Assembly: GCA_965644295.1 (NCBI GenBank)
Contig: CBFFRP010000565.1
Span: forward strand, 35,953-99,952
Direction of reading: 5' to 3'
Source: Paraphysomonas bandaiensis
Lineage: Eukaryota; Protista; Chrysophyceae
DNA length: 64,000 bases
How positions within the stretch are numbered: the first letter of the stretch is position 1; the number at the start of each line of letters is the position of its first letter. The position numbers and the translations under genes are program-made. The notes beneath the pieces are model-generated. The model searched no databases. It saw only the letters and a program-made list of their open reading frames with translations, and had not been told where the DNA came from. Positions 1 to 13,609 of the stretch are shown piece after piece.

Positions 1-1273
1 AGAAAAGTATTTTGGAAGGAAGCGTAAAATATTACCTTACCTTCGTGCTCAACTATATACAAGACCGATAGAGAGGTGTGATCCAGAGGCTAGAAACGAG
101 GTTAAACACTGTATTTATTGCCATTCTGCCTGATACGTCTCTGTTATTAGGTTTGCCGACGGTCTAACAAAGTTTTAGTGGGCCCAGGCACTTATGATGT
201 GGGTGACTACTGGAACCCAAAGTCATACAGCACAGTCGGGCCTCCAGTAAGGTATTGTGGGCAGACATTGTCATACAACTCTAATTTGAATCAGGCCTTC
301 TTCATTTATGGAGACGAAGTCAAAGCGCGACTTACACGACTTCTATGGAATACGGAGCAAGGAATACAACAAGAGTCCTCCCGTCTCGTCGGCTCCAACT
401 TGCCACACTCAGTCGTTGTTTCCGACATCTTCTGCTAGTATGACGCACTCACCTTCAGATATGCCAAAAGGAATTGGACCTCTGCCTTCTACACCAGTTG
501 ATCGAAACAAGCGACGTACGCACTCCGCTGGAGAAGCTCGTCCACGTAGTCCGGGGATGGTATTTAACAAGTCTTCACTTGAACCTTGCGGGCTCAGCGC
601 AGACGTTCATTTTGTTCGGATGAAGCAATCGAATGGCTCGAATTTTATTGTACCAGTACGTGTTTCATTTAGATACTTGTTTTGATGACACTCTAATTAT
701 ACCCCGCATCAGGTTTCTAAACGAGATGAGGAAAAACTGCAGTGTATACACGATGCTAAACCAATAGACACGTGGGCGCAGCCGAACACACCTAAGAAAG
801 ATTTGGTCGTGGCTTCTTCTCCTGCGCCTGGTGTATATGCGAACAAGTGGTCCTTTAATGAGTCAAGTGCTGTTGATGTGACGGATTCTTCAGAACAACC
901 AGTGAACTCACCAGTAGTATCAGAAGGTGCAGCGAGCCGGCAAGCCAGGTCTAAAGGAGCCACGGTAACTGGAAGGCTACCGACTCCGAATTTTTCCCGA
1001 AATAGCACTAAAGAGCACACGGGTCCCAGTGTGCCAACACGAACCCTTTCATATGAGCAGCTTCGTAATGAGAAAAAGTTCGCGAGCTTCGTTAACCCTA
1101 ACCCTAAAGTTCCTACGAAAGTTTCACTGTGTGTTTCCGAAAGAGCCGTAGTTTCCCCTGGTAATAAGACTTCTCTTGATGTTGCAGGAGAAGATAGAGA
1201 TGACATCATAAGCAAAGCATCACAGCGTTCTTTGGATATATTAATGAATTTTGAACTCGGAGAAGGGCATTAG
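1..1273 (+). CDS. 3' part of a spliced gene for a low-complexity protein with SHIPPO/PG-rich (PGPGxY-like) repeats, possibly axonemal (ODF3/STPG-like)
   Basis: Exons approx. 151-251, 295-654 and 712-1273 join through GT-AG introns into ...VGPGTYDVGDYW...VRPSSFMETKSKR...PAPGVYA...; stop at 1273; the 5' end is outside the window. Confidence 0.5.
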
Positions 1274-1927
1274 CGTTGGGTAAACATGTGGTGTATATGT
1301 ATGTTCATGTCTATACAATATGTAACGCGTCAGATTAAGTTGTTAGTATTGATGTATGGATGTCAGCAGCCATTGTTGGTGACATTTCGAGGTACAGGAT
1401 GTTTATGTCTATATGTGAATATGTAAATAATATTAATACATGTCTTTTCCTTTTAACATTATTTGACTTAGTTAAAAATATATTGTGAATAGAAGACGGT
1501 ACTGTTGTTATAATTCTACACAACCTATGGCACGCACCTTATATATATAACTTAATAGGCTTCCCACTTAGTTCATGTAAAATATAATTATATACTACAT
1601 TCTATATATTGTTGTCTAGTTGTAAATCCGGTATACCTTTTCAGACATAGCCATAAGTTCGACCCATTGAATCTTATACTATTTTATACAGTCAGTATTC
1701 ATTTACATACTACGTTTAGTTTTAAACATATCATTAGTGTTTACGTGCAGTACAAGTAATACTATTCACTTGAACATTATCAGTTACTAATAACTGCGCT
1801 ATTTTCATGAATGTAGAAATTTTCTCGAAACATATCTAGTTTGATAGTTTGTAGCATGACCAGTACATCAATACTACTGATACTACATTTATTGTAATTA
1901 GCTAGTGCCGTGTGTAATTGTATATAG

Positions 1928-2048
1928 CAGAGCTAGGGAACAATATATTGCAACATATTATGAACTAGCTTGGTAGCAACGGCATTGATGAAATTTTTTG
2001 CCCCTCGATCAATAAATATAGTTTACTATGTATTCTTCCCTGGCCCAG
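1928..2048. mobile_element. 121-bp hAT-family MITE
   Basis: Imperfect TIRs cagagctagggaacaatat / tattcttccctggcccag; flanking 8-mers gtatatag / gtatgtag (7/8 TSD match); TIR resembles that of the 16584 element. Confidence 0.7.
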
Positions 2049-4889
2049 GTATGTAGTATATGTTATATGTCAGGGCTTGGTAACTATTAATGGTAGTGCC
2101 ATTATAATTGCCTGGACCTATTTCATACATTGTTATATGCTGTTTGCAAATTTCATATACTTATTTACTTCTCCATCATTTGGAATGAATAATATCAATG
2201 ATTCTATTTCGCACACAGCGACGATAGTCATCATTGATGAAAGAATTTCTTTATTTTATGCTGATAAGAGCCCAATGGCCCCAACCATTCCTAAAAATGT
2301 ATTTTGTTAATAAGAATCATATTTCAGCTAGAAAATAATTATACAACAGTAAAGAACGATGATGTGGCAGTGTAATTTACGGAGAGTCTTCTTCCCAGTA
2401 AATTCGGAAAATTCTCTGTGTCAAATTGGTTCGTTCTGCAATGATACAAGGTGAGAATGCACGTCTTGGTGTGTGAATCATATATACAGGGTGGATTCGA
2501 AATAAACGACAGTCCGATGAATGCTATGCTAAGTTAAGCTAGTTAGCTAGCTAGATGCTCTAGATTGATTCATATGAACACTAATATAAAATGCTATCTT
2601 GAAATACATGGGCGTTGCTTATTCTAATTTACTTGTAAAGTTATACATAAATTACCAAAAAAAAATCATGATTTTTACAATATATATATATCGAATAGAG
2701 AAATGACACAATTTTGAAAATAGCATATCTATACGAAATAATCGAATTAAAACGTCATCCACAGCGCAAACAAAACACAATGACATAACACTGACTATCC
2801 TGCGGTAATATTTATATCTTTCGATACATATATCGCGTAAATAGATATATATAAGTACAACTAAGCCAATATCAGATATATGTATTCCCGATACAAAAAA
2901 AAATCAAGAAAATTGAATGAAAATGATAAAAATGATAGTGCTAAATAAGCTATCTTGATCCGACTTCCCGTTGCTTATTTGAATTTTCTCCGATTTCTAC
3001 ATATCACCAAAAATTACGTCAAATATATGCTATACGCACAGACAGGTATATAGATACAAGCATCACACAGACCTTTATACTGCCTCCTTACAATTCCTTC
3101 TTTTGGTACTGATCCCACTACCACTACTGGACTCTATTTCATCTTCTGGTAGCCATTCCTCATAAATGAAGAACGATTAGATGGTCATAAGTCGATGTAA
3201 CCGCCAAACCTGTTGAAATATCGAAAAAGTCGATTTAAGTTGAGTTTATGATACGCATTGCAATAATTAGTGTAGTAGATGTAAAGAGAACATGTTTGCA
3301 ATGACATTTAATAAAATTTTATCAATTACAGATCAAAAAATGTTGAATGAAACGGTTACATTATACATAATATATGTGCTATACAATACAAAGGTGTTAT
3401 TGACTAATTAAAGTACTTACAATCGACAATCAACCGACTTCTGTCACGTTTTCCAGTAAAAATAGATGCAGAATATACTGCACCAGTGTCTGTCAAGTCC
3501 TGATTGCATAGAAATAAATGAGGAATAACAATATGTATTATTATGTATATATACTACCTTCATATATTATCGCAACTGGTACTGCAGGATTGTTCGAACA
3601 CCGTCATTATCGACCTCTGAACCTCATACATCCCTCTGCCGCTGTAAGTGAACTGTACAACAACCTAGCTGATATTAGGGTTCTTCACCAAAGCACCAAT
3701 CTCACTCCTGCGGTACAACTTCATTAGCACTTGTACCGTCGTTGCTACATAGCAAATATACCTTTATCACCGTTATCATCTTATATAGGTAAAACTTCAG
3801 TGTCATATCGAAAAATAGAGGTGAAAGGTGGGAAGTTCTTTGCTGTGGGAACAGTAGCCCTCTCTGATGCAGCTCAACGAATTGATAGACTGACAGCACT
3901 GAGCCTTTATACTTCACTACTTCGGGGTCTCTCCTCCCACTCATCGGCTATGGTGCCTATGAGTGTCAATGACTTTATTGTTGAGGCGAAAGCGGACAAC
4001 ACAAGACTAAGATATTAACTCCAGGACCAACTCGATAGCCTGCTGTCACTCATTGACAAGTTCTGTGGTCTCTGTTGTCACAGAGACCCAGAGCGAAGGC
4101 ATGATATAGGCACTTCCTGCCGCTTCCGTTAATCCTGCAGATAACTTGTTCTCCCTCGCCTTGAGAGCTTCTTCTGCATACCAACTTCCATCCACCCCTC
4201 CACAGTTCTTCCGTACGCGGTTGCCACAACGGTTATTGAAATAGGTGTGATATTACGTCTGTATTCAACGTATATTACAAGGCAGAGTCAAAATCTATGC
4301 AACGCCGTTACCTCGACATAACACCTCCGATGACATCAAACTCACACCAAAACGCTATTAGAGGGATACCAAATAAATGAATAGACAGATATCTGATGGC
4401 AGATCTCATTCGCAGTCATATCAGCTGCGTGTGTGTGCTGCTCTGTGCTGATGTGAACAGAGACCGTCGAAGAAGTCTGAATATGCTGACTGCACAGCGC
4501 CTTTCGGCCCCTCTCCAGATCCAATAAATTACTCTGATCGCTGTTCCTCAGTCCTTGAGGATTCAGAGAGGAGTCTCGTCCCTCCTTCCTCTTGCTGTGT
4601 GCTCATCTCTGTGATTCTCATCCGATGGATATGAGTGCTCTCTCTTCCCTCTTGTTAGGCCTAATATAGGGTTATGAGATATGCATATGGTCACATGAAC
4701 TTACGCTGATCTCGTGTGTTGTTATTGTGGGGGTGAGAGCATCGTATGAGGGGTGTGCATGATGTGTGTGTGATGCTTGTCTTAAGAGGGAGGCATCATG
4801 ATCACTTCACTATCAAAATCATAAAATGATGAAAAAAAGTCAAAAAAAGTATTTTTGAAAAAAAAACTGAAATCTATCTAGGCCACTAA

Positions 4890-7098
4890 TTATAGTGGAG
4901 ACAAAAGACAAAACGACAAAAGACATTTTTTTTCATCAGAATTGTTTTTGTCGGGTGCAAATGGAGCTGAAGTTATAGTGCACACAGAAAGACAAAAGAC
5001 AAAACAGCGATTTTTTTTAGAATTTTGAATTCTGCTCATTCTCTGCTCGCTAGATCTCACTGAATATACTGCGAAGCAAAGCATTAAGACTGACACAAGT
5101 CACAAGTGACTGTGTAAAGTTGATAGCATGATATTTCATGTGTGAGTGCATTGTCCCGAAAGTTGTCTGTGCAGGACATCCTTGATCAAACAGCTCATGA
5201 AGCAATCTCCAGCGTCCAGTGAGGATCGCATAATTTCAAGAAGAAATGTCTACGAACGGATTGGCTACGATAACACACCATGGGGACTCCTTCTGAGGAA
5301 TACAAGGATAAGAGATCCCACAACTTGTGAAGGTATGACTTTTGGTATTGTATTATATACCATGTTACACTGCATCAGGCAAGAAATTCAGAACGCGTTT
5401 TCGAATTACGTATCAAATGTTTCAAGCACGATGCTTTTTATTGCCTTGATTAGCATCATCATCACATTTATATAAACACGCTCAGCCTCTGCGAGTGCAC
5501 CTGATTTGAATGATAGTAAGATAAGGCGCACAATCCTGATACGCACGACGTGGTGACGGACACCTTGAAAGAGCTGGGTTGAAAGAGCTGGGTGTTACTG
5601 CCCTTAACTTCCTATACAGCATCAGATATGGCACTTAAACTCTCCTGTAATATTCTTGCTCTTGTTTCGAAGTCCAGGTTATAGATAGATCGCATGCACT
5701 GACATCATTATAATCTTCCACATCAGACGAAAGACGGATGATGACTTGGAGTGTTTGATGAACTCCTTTTGATAGTTGACTCATCATTGTGGTTTCTCTA
5801 TAATTTTGTAATATAACGATATCTATACATATGACTGCCAATATCATAATTGATACTTAAGATAGAAGTGAGTTTCTGTTAACCCAATATTGAAGTTGAA
5901 TGTGTATATTTAGTTTATTACAATATGTTGCCAATATGTTATATGTACAACACACACTACATTTCAGTTGTTTGTGTAGTTAGATCCCATTCAATATATC
6001 TGTGATTACATGCAAGATTAAATGCATCTTACAGTTAGATCATGTGATAATTATTAGTCAATTGTAATAAACAAAGTTGTGAATTTAAAACTGACACTGA
6101 CAAACGTCATTATAACTAACGTGTATAATATAGTAACAACATATGTATAAAACAAACAGAACTTGCATGGATAACAGACAATCAATCGGACCAAGATAAT
6201 TACCATTGGTTGGCGTTGCTGTTAGTGTCATTGTCCTCGCCTTCGAGAGTTGTGCCAGCTCTCTTCTTATCCTTTCAGCTTCTTTACAATTCCAGGAGAG
6301 CTCCACCGTCTTGACGAGCAACTCTCTCATCTGCACGCCTGACGGTATTGTTTCGTCCTGCATCAACAAATATTACTATTGAATAACATTATAAGATATA
6401 TATACCTTATTCAAAAGGATAACAAAATCTGGAGTGAACTCATTAATGACTGACTTCCTTCTTTATTTCCAGTGTTGTTTATTTCTTCCAAATAGTTTCA
6501 GAGTTGATTCCAAAGAGTTCCTTATTGTATGTATGTATGTATGTATGTATGTATGTATGTATGTATGTATGTTTAAATCAACACACACTCTTCACCTTTC
6601 ACAATCTGATAATAGTTATGGTTCCTGCCGGAATATACTCGGTCAGGGATACGGTTTCATTGATGTAGATGTCAGTGCTTTCATTGTTGACAGGAGTGCG
6701 GCGTGTCGTAAGAAGTTTCACAGACATGTTTCTCCAGGCTCTGTAATCGTCGTGGTCTTGACACCATGGGTCTCCATGCCTGCCAAAGCATTGGCAAGCT
6801 TCTGCCAGTGCTTGAGACTATAAATCATTGCGCCCGGTGCTGTTCATCAGTGTGTATAACTATTAATGAAGCTCTATCGTGTAAAAATGTCTTCCACTCT
6901 CGATTTCTGTCCTTGAAGACAAAAAGACATAAATTTGCTTGCTCATATTTATGTCTTTCTGTCGGCCGAAGACAGAAAGACATTTTGTCTTTCGACGGAT
7001 TTTTGTCTTTTGTCCTCCTATAACTTCAGCTTTTCATGCTCAGAAGACTTTTTTCGGCAAAAATGTCTTCTGTCTTTTTGTCTTTTGTCTCACTATAA
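4890..7098. mobile_element. Putative non-autonomous DNA transposon (~2.2 kb) with long, internally repetitive TIRs
   Basis: The left end ttatagtggagacaaaagacaaaacgacaaaagacattttt...gctgaagttatag is mirrored at about 7000-7098 (ctataacttcagc...aaaaatgtcttctgtctttttgtcttttgtctcactataa); no intact ORF inside. Confidence 0.6.
6526..6572. repeat. (TGTA)n microsatellite
   Basis: About 11-12 perfect tgta units. Confidence 0.95.
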
Positions 7099-7269
7099 CG
7101 AATCCTAAACATGCGGATTTTCCTTCTTGGCGAGATGAACTCAAGAAAAAGTATCCCCTTTCGGTGGATTGAATAGATAATCATGAAGGACAAACCATTT
7201 TCTATCGTAGTACGTTCGGAAGAATACTTATTAAGACCCATCTCCGTGATGATTGAACGAAGGCATGTG

Positions 7270-7700
7270 ACTCGATGGGTATGATGTAAAGCCGTTGGCT
7301 TTTATAACACCCTTTGATACGTTTAATGACATAATAATGATACTTATAACAACGTATGTAGTATGCGTAGCTGGTTTAATAAGAAACGGATGTCTATGAG
7401 AAGAGTATTATTATGAGAAGACACATGAAGCAGACTACTAGGGTTTGCCCTCGAGCGCACGATTTCGGAGTTTGACACGGGGCCGACGGTTATGCACACG
7501 ATATCTCTTGCCTGTGTTATCGGGTGGTAGAAGTCTGGGGTGTTTGCGAGTGGGGGCAGAAGGAACTGAGTCTTGATCCAGGCAGAGGCGCCTCCCGTTA
7601 AGTTATTTGGACTGATAGGATATCCTATATCCTTCAATCAGTCGGTGTTATAGCGACTAGGGTTAGGAAGCATTGTGCGGTACTTCCTGTGTGATATTCG
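7270..7700 (-). repeat. Dispersed repeat, copy 1 (related to 17730-18030), probably a decayed retroelement end
   Basis: The reverse complement shares the blocks gcttcctaaccc..cgctataacaccgact, aaatcgtg..tcgaggg.aaa..ctagtagtct and atgtcattaaacgt.t.aaagggtgttataaa with 17730-18030. Confidence 0.65.
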
Positions 7701-9474
7701 GTATCCGCTCATCGGTATGAGCAACCCTTTATGGGGATTATAGAGCTCTAGAAACTCTTGCCCAACTCATTGGGCTCGGATATTCCTAGATTTTCTATTA
7801 CCACACTCCATCGATTTTTGTCGGGGATCGTATAAACTGGTAAGAGGGGCTTTAGGCCTTAGGTGTAAGGATGGCATGTAGGTACATATATGTAATTTTC
7901 ATTGCGATTGTGGCCCACACTTGGTTTTGTATTCATGCAGCTAACGGTTGGAATGTGATTGTATATACCATGAAATGAGCTTGTGGGCAAGTATAAAATC
8001 AGGGGTTTTAATTTTTGTAAAAACTGTGAATTATTTTAAAAGATATGGACATACAGGTTGGTCGTTTATAAACTGTAAATGCATCAGCTTCAGCTAACGA
8101 GCAAGTTGCGTATACCGTATACTCTAGTATAGGATTTGTGTGACGCGACGTGTATTGGCGTTTTATGATGGCTATTAGTAGTAGTATGTAGATACTGGTA
8201 AAAGGAAACGTGCTGTTGGTGTGTCCTATAGGACCTAAATATTAATAAAAATAATTATTAACACTATACTATTGCATTCAAGCACTTTTAGAACCATTCT
8301 ACAACAACTCTTAAAAGTCTAGTAAAATCTACTAGAATTTCCAAAATTTCTGAAAATTTCCCACGTTTGCATATTGTTTACTTACGGTATACAGGATGCG
8401 AGGCCATTGGAACCAACACCAGTAGCTACTAAAAACTTCAACAATCGGTCGAAACTGGGAAACGCAAGTGAATGTAAATCAATCTTGATGGCACTGCCTA
8501 GAAATGCATCGAACGAGCCAACTGGTAGAGATGTGGTGGATATGGTCATGACTCCAATATTGCCAAATTCAGCACGAAATGATATTTGATATCACCATAA
8601 ATTCAACTCACACTTCTCCAACTTTTGGTTCCAAACAGGGAATCATAACTGAGTTAGAATAGTGCAGCCGCATATACACCCTATAAAGGATGATGTGCTC
8701 GGATTGTTGTAATTTGTTGTGTGGTATTATTGTGTACGATCTCTTTCACACAATGACCTCCTGTTTCGATGTGTAATCCGTAAGTCACCAAGCATAATAA
8801 CATTGATGCACAATTTAAATAATAATACAACTTCTTATTTACTACGTTTAGCTTCACCATGATAGCTTTGAGCTGATTGAATGCGATGAGGACTCTCTAG
8901 GTTGTCATGATACAGATGCCCTACCGCTCTCTGTATATAACGTGCATGGTGATCACATGAAATGTTGTTGCAAAGGTATTGGGTATACAAGGGAAGATTT
9001 TAGCGCTGATGCAGCAATAGAAAGGTTTTACACGGCAGTCAGAGTGCTAATCATTGGGAAGGGTTACACCACAATACGCACGAATGATACTTCCGAGAGG
9101 TGTGAGGCATACTCGCTCCCTTCTGCAGTGACGTGTCAATGGAGTTATACTTACATTCGGGATAAACATTCAAAAATGTACTCGGTAGAATAACCCCTGC
9201 CACAAATGGGAATGGCTGCTCTGTACACTACAGACACTGTACAGACATATTTATTAATTGCCATATTATTATAATTTCCGGGAACTGGGCACATATTAAC
9301 TATTAATGGGCTATTAATGGTTACATGTTACCTGACCAAGGTATATGTATGTAGCAGTTCCGCGGCACCGTATATGCAACAGAATCAATGCTCAGTACGC
9401 CCTTGCTCAAGGTACTTTTTCGATAATATCCACTTTTGACATAATTGGACGGTTTAGCTGAACGTTGTATACAC

Positions 9475-10870
9475 CAGAGTTCGGTAACAATATCTTGTAT
9501 TGCAATATATATTGTAAAATATATTGATTGGAGGACTGGTCAAATATTCCATCAATATTGTTTCTGTTAATATGTAGCTGACAATATATTGCAATATGTT
9601 GCAATCAATATTATGATAGCCATATACACCAAACTTCTTAACTGTAGGGTGCAAAATATAATTCCATGTATATAAATATCCGGAAAGAAAGAAATGTGGC
9701 AACATCGGGCGATTGAGTATCATCCCTGTGGGTTTCAGTGAACATGTCATCTTTATCCATCATGCGTGCAACAGACAGCAGGTAGATAGACCGCGCCTAA
9801 TTTCACCAACACTCAACAGTGCTTATTATATCCTTTTACATTCTTATAATTCTGTCCTATCTAAAAACCCGTATAACTTAACCTGTTTTTCCATAGCTAT
9901 TCTAGAGATGGGTTTCTAGCCATAAATAGCTAGTTTCCACTTCCAGAAATATCCCTACAGCTACCTCTTATTATCCTACTATCTACTCCATATTGTGTCG
10001 TACAATGCCTACACACTACTAGTACAGTCAGTTCTCGATATTGTCAATGGATTGTACCATAGGGTTACAATTTCCAATTTCTTACCATACCTCATTGACG
10101 ATATCGAGAACTGCCTGTACCATAATACTGTACGGGTTGCCATAAATGTCCGTTACGTTCGTATGTACGGATAGTCCCGGTACAATCCAACCCCGTATCT
10201 GGCCTTAATACTCGTATCCTTTAACCTTGACCTAATCATCTTCTACCTCTTATCTCATGTTACTACCTATACTACTTCATCTTGGCCCTCATATCACAAC
10301 AACCTAATAATCCACCATTTCCACTACACCCAAGATTGCTACAGAAAAAAGCCTACTTTTGATGTTGTTTTCTAGTTTTATGTATCGCCAGCTCTGTTGA
10401 GTTTTGCTGCTTGTGAGTAATTAAAAGATGTAGTTTCTAAGATATTTGAATATAACCGTTACTCAAAGAATGTAGTTTGTACTTCCAATACATGTGAATG
10501 CCTGTTCAGTGCAGCAAAACTAATTATATCTTTGTGGCGCAAACGTATGCATCCTACCACACTACGTAATATTCTGTTGTTTCTAAAAGCTAAGCAACAG
10601 TTGTGGCCGGATTTAAGCATACTTCAATTAATATTGGATGAATATGGCGATGTTGACGTCACCGATGATGGCTCAGTGGATGAGTATGAGGAAATTTTAA
10701 TTATTAAGAAGTAGTGGGTTTGATTACCAATTATCAAGTGAGCTTATAATACAAGTACTAATAATTGAATTTAAAGATGTGTCTACTTACTGATTAAAGA
10801 TACTAAAATATTGCAATAATGTGATCAAAATATTACACCATTCGTTGATATTCGTTACAATTATATGCTC
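9475..10870 (+). mobile_element. Degenerate hAT element carrying the transposase C-terminal dimerisation region; opposite orientation to the 16584 element
   Basis: TIR-like cagagttcggtaacaatatc at 9475; 9475-9640 matches the reverse complement of 17200-17382; about 10478-10714 encodes CTSNTCECLFSAAKLIISLWRKRMHPTTLRNILLFLK (hAT ERxFS-type motif). Right end is uncertain. Confidence 0.7.
10025..10117. mobile_element. 93-bp Tc1/mariner(pogo)-type MITE nested in the hAT remnant
   Basis: TIRs cagtcagttctcgatattgtcaatg / cattgacgatatcgagaactgcctg, flanked by TA on both sides. Confidence 0.75.
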
Positions 10871-11165
10871 TCAACTACCAATCACTATTATCAGATCTTA
10901 GATAGGCACGATCTTATACAGTCAATATAGTTCAGTTCACTACGTAATTCATATCATATATTCATGTATTAATGTAATACTGTATTCTTCAAGTAAATGT
11001 CATGTTTCTAATACCTTAGAAATACAGCTCTTAATTGCTTACAAACAGACAAAACTCAACAGAAAAGAATAATACAGACCTAGTGAAGCATGGACTTAGT
11101 AACTTTCTCAGAATACACCAGGTTTCTCGTATGGGTGATGCAGATATTCTTGTGCAGATCTACGT

Positions 11166-11232
11166 TCAAACGAAGAAGTATGCATTGCATAGTTTATTCA
11201 AACGAAGAAGTATGCATTGTATAGTTTATTCG
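11166..11232. repeat. 32-bp tandem duplication
   Basis: ttcaaacgaagaagtatgcattg(c/t)atagttta occurs twice. Confidence 0.9.
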
Positions 11233-11527
11233 AAACTATCTCTACGCTAAGGAACGCCCTCGGAATGGGAAATGGGTGATATATCATGACCTTCATAGCA
11301 ACAAACACAAACAAGTAAAGCAAGTAAAAACAATATTGAGGAGGACACCGACAGTGCCCACTATATATCTAACATTTACATAATTGGAGAAGGTAATCCA
11401 CATATTCCTTTGTGCAGATTGTCTAAGTTCTCATATGATCGATTCTATATGGAAGAACATAAAAATATATATGTAATACATCAGATATTGATGTCGCAAA
11501 TTTAACTATTTTGTTCCGCTGTGTCGT

Positions 11528-13609
11528 CTATGACACGACGCAGCAGGTAGGTGATGGTGTTATAATTTTAATAGGGCCCTGAAGAATATTTAAGTGACAG
11601 ATTCCGGTAATATTAACACAGACCTTTAGCTCTTCATACTGCATAAAAGTCACAACTTCCTCCAAAAATGCATTGGGACGAATGTAGTCCCACTTAGCAA
11701 AAATCTCATGATCAGCATCTGTTAACTCCAACTTCTTCGCATTTACACCATCTCCGAACGTTCCAATTTCACTTTGTGAAGCCACATTTAGGTCCTTCCT
11801 CGGCACACAGGGAGGGGGAACGAGGTCATAACGGAATTCATCCCAATTCACGTCGTCAAAGTACGGATGCGACATCACTTCGCCGGGACCATCTGCCCCT
11901 AGTCTCGCTCTACCATCTTTGACGAGCAGTTTGCTGCAAAAGTCCTGAGTGGTGGCATCGAATATTTCAGGGTCAAAAAAAGGGTCCATTTCTTGAACAG
12001 CAAGATCTATAGCTTTCTCTTTGTTCTTTTTCCCAAGCCCACCCCAGTTTCTCGCCACTTCAGTACGGAACGGGCAGATGCCCGTGAGGAACTCGTACAG
12101 CACGCACCCAAAGGAGAACCAGTCAACTGACAGGTTGTAGCGAATGCGGTAACCAGCCTCGTCCCGACGAAGCATCTCCGGAGCCCAGTACCCTCGGGTA
12201 CCGCACGCACCTGTGAGGAAATTACAGTCAATCAATAAGTGAGGAATCTAAACTACTTGCACACCTGTAAGTCCATTTCGTGGCGCTCTTACGGCTAAAC
12301 CCATATCCGACAGTTTTGTTCGCCCCTTCGCATCCATCAGGATGTTGTCCGGCTTCAGATCCCGAAAGACGACATTAATGTCATGCAGCGCTTTCAGGCC
12401 CAGCAGGGTGCGGGCGATATAATACTTTGCCTCTCGCTTAGAAAACATACCCTTACGATACAGATGATATCCAAGATCCCCACCGACCATAAGATCAAGA
12501 ATAAGAAAGAGCTCTGTCTGAGACATGAATGCGTACTTTAAACACACTACAAATGGGCTGTCCAACATAAGCAGGATGTTGCGCTCAGTCATACAAAGTG
12601 TCTCAGACCTCTTTAGCTTCACTCGCTTCCTGTCTAGGACCTTCATGGCGTACAACTGCCCGGTTTGGCACTTTTTACAACCATTTACCACACCAAAGCC
12701 CCCCCTGCCCAGGACACGAAATAGAGTAAAATCGTGCTCTGTTACTGGCTTCTCTGATAATACAAGGAAGTTGAAGTATTTGCGATATATGGGAGAGTTT
12801 TTGAAGGACTCCCAATGCTTGTCCTTGAGGTAAGCGAATACGACATTGTCTACCTTGTCAAAAAAAGAATTGGGGAGAACTTCATCAGGTGAATTTTCCA
12901 GTCCTGCAGTGGAATTATCTTTATTTAACGTCGTCAAAATTTCTTCTACGATAGGGCCTTTAATGCCGATAGCATTTCCAAATTGTCCATCAGAGTCGAT
13001 GTATTTGGGCCAGTTCACTTGTCCATTCCAAACGGGGGTTGTCCTCGTAGTACTTGGGGGAATATCCGCACGTGACGTCCGTCCCATAGACGAGGGATAA
13101 AGGTAGTGTCGCATGGCAGCACGAGCCGCTTCGACACGTCTAAATGGAGGAGAGATCTGAATGAACCAGTATTTCAGTGAAAAACAAAAACGTTATCATA
13201 TTACACAGGTATGCAACACATAATTAATAAATCAACACTTATATTCATGTATATAGAACTGGATGCCGCCAACTAGAATAAAATTGTTAGCAACTCACCC
13301 TAAATTTAGCAATATCATATATGAAATTTCCATACACTTTGTCACCACAATCCTTTAAGTACTTTACAAACTGTAACAAAGATCATAATAAAACTTAACG
13401 GATTAGAACTTTACCAAGTACAACCCAAGACAAGTGGAGCATATTCCCTCCAACTCCAAGAGAGACGCATTCTTCTTTCGAAGTTTATTTACATGAGCAT
13501 CCACCTCCTCAAGAGCGGGGAATTTCCACTCCTTGGATGGTTTCGGAGCGGCGTCATGCATAGCATTAATGAACTGCGCATCTTCGATTGCATCTTGCAG
13601 GTCGTCCAT
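11528..13609 (-). CDS. GRK: G protein-coupled receptor kinase (GRK family: N-terminal helix, RGS-homology domain, AGC kinase, C-terminal CaaX)
   Basis: Exons 13609-13415, 13370-13299, 13156-12265, 12210-11624 and 11578-11528 splice in frame. N-terminus MDDLQDAIEDAQFINAM resembles GRK2 MADLEAVLADVSYLMAM; kinase motifs FRVLGRGGFGVV, YAMKVLDRKRVK, RDLKPDN, SDMGLA, CGTRGYWAPE; ends TCCVVS. Confidence 0.9.

Noticed and set aside
2480-4800. Possible Tc1-like end (ta-cagggtg) and coding-like remnants at 3500-4560
   Set aside because: No matching second TIR found, and the ORFs are short and interrupted; cannot be supported
8374-9200. Short ORFs of 71-83 aa
   Set aside because: No family motifs or gene structure; likely chance ORFs or decayed fragments
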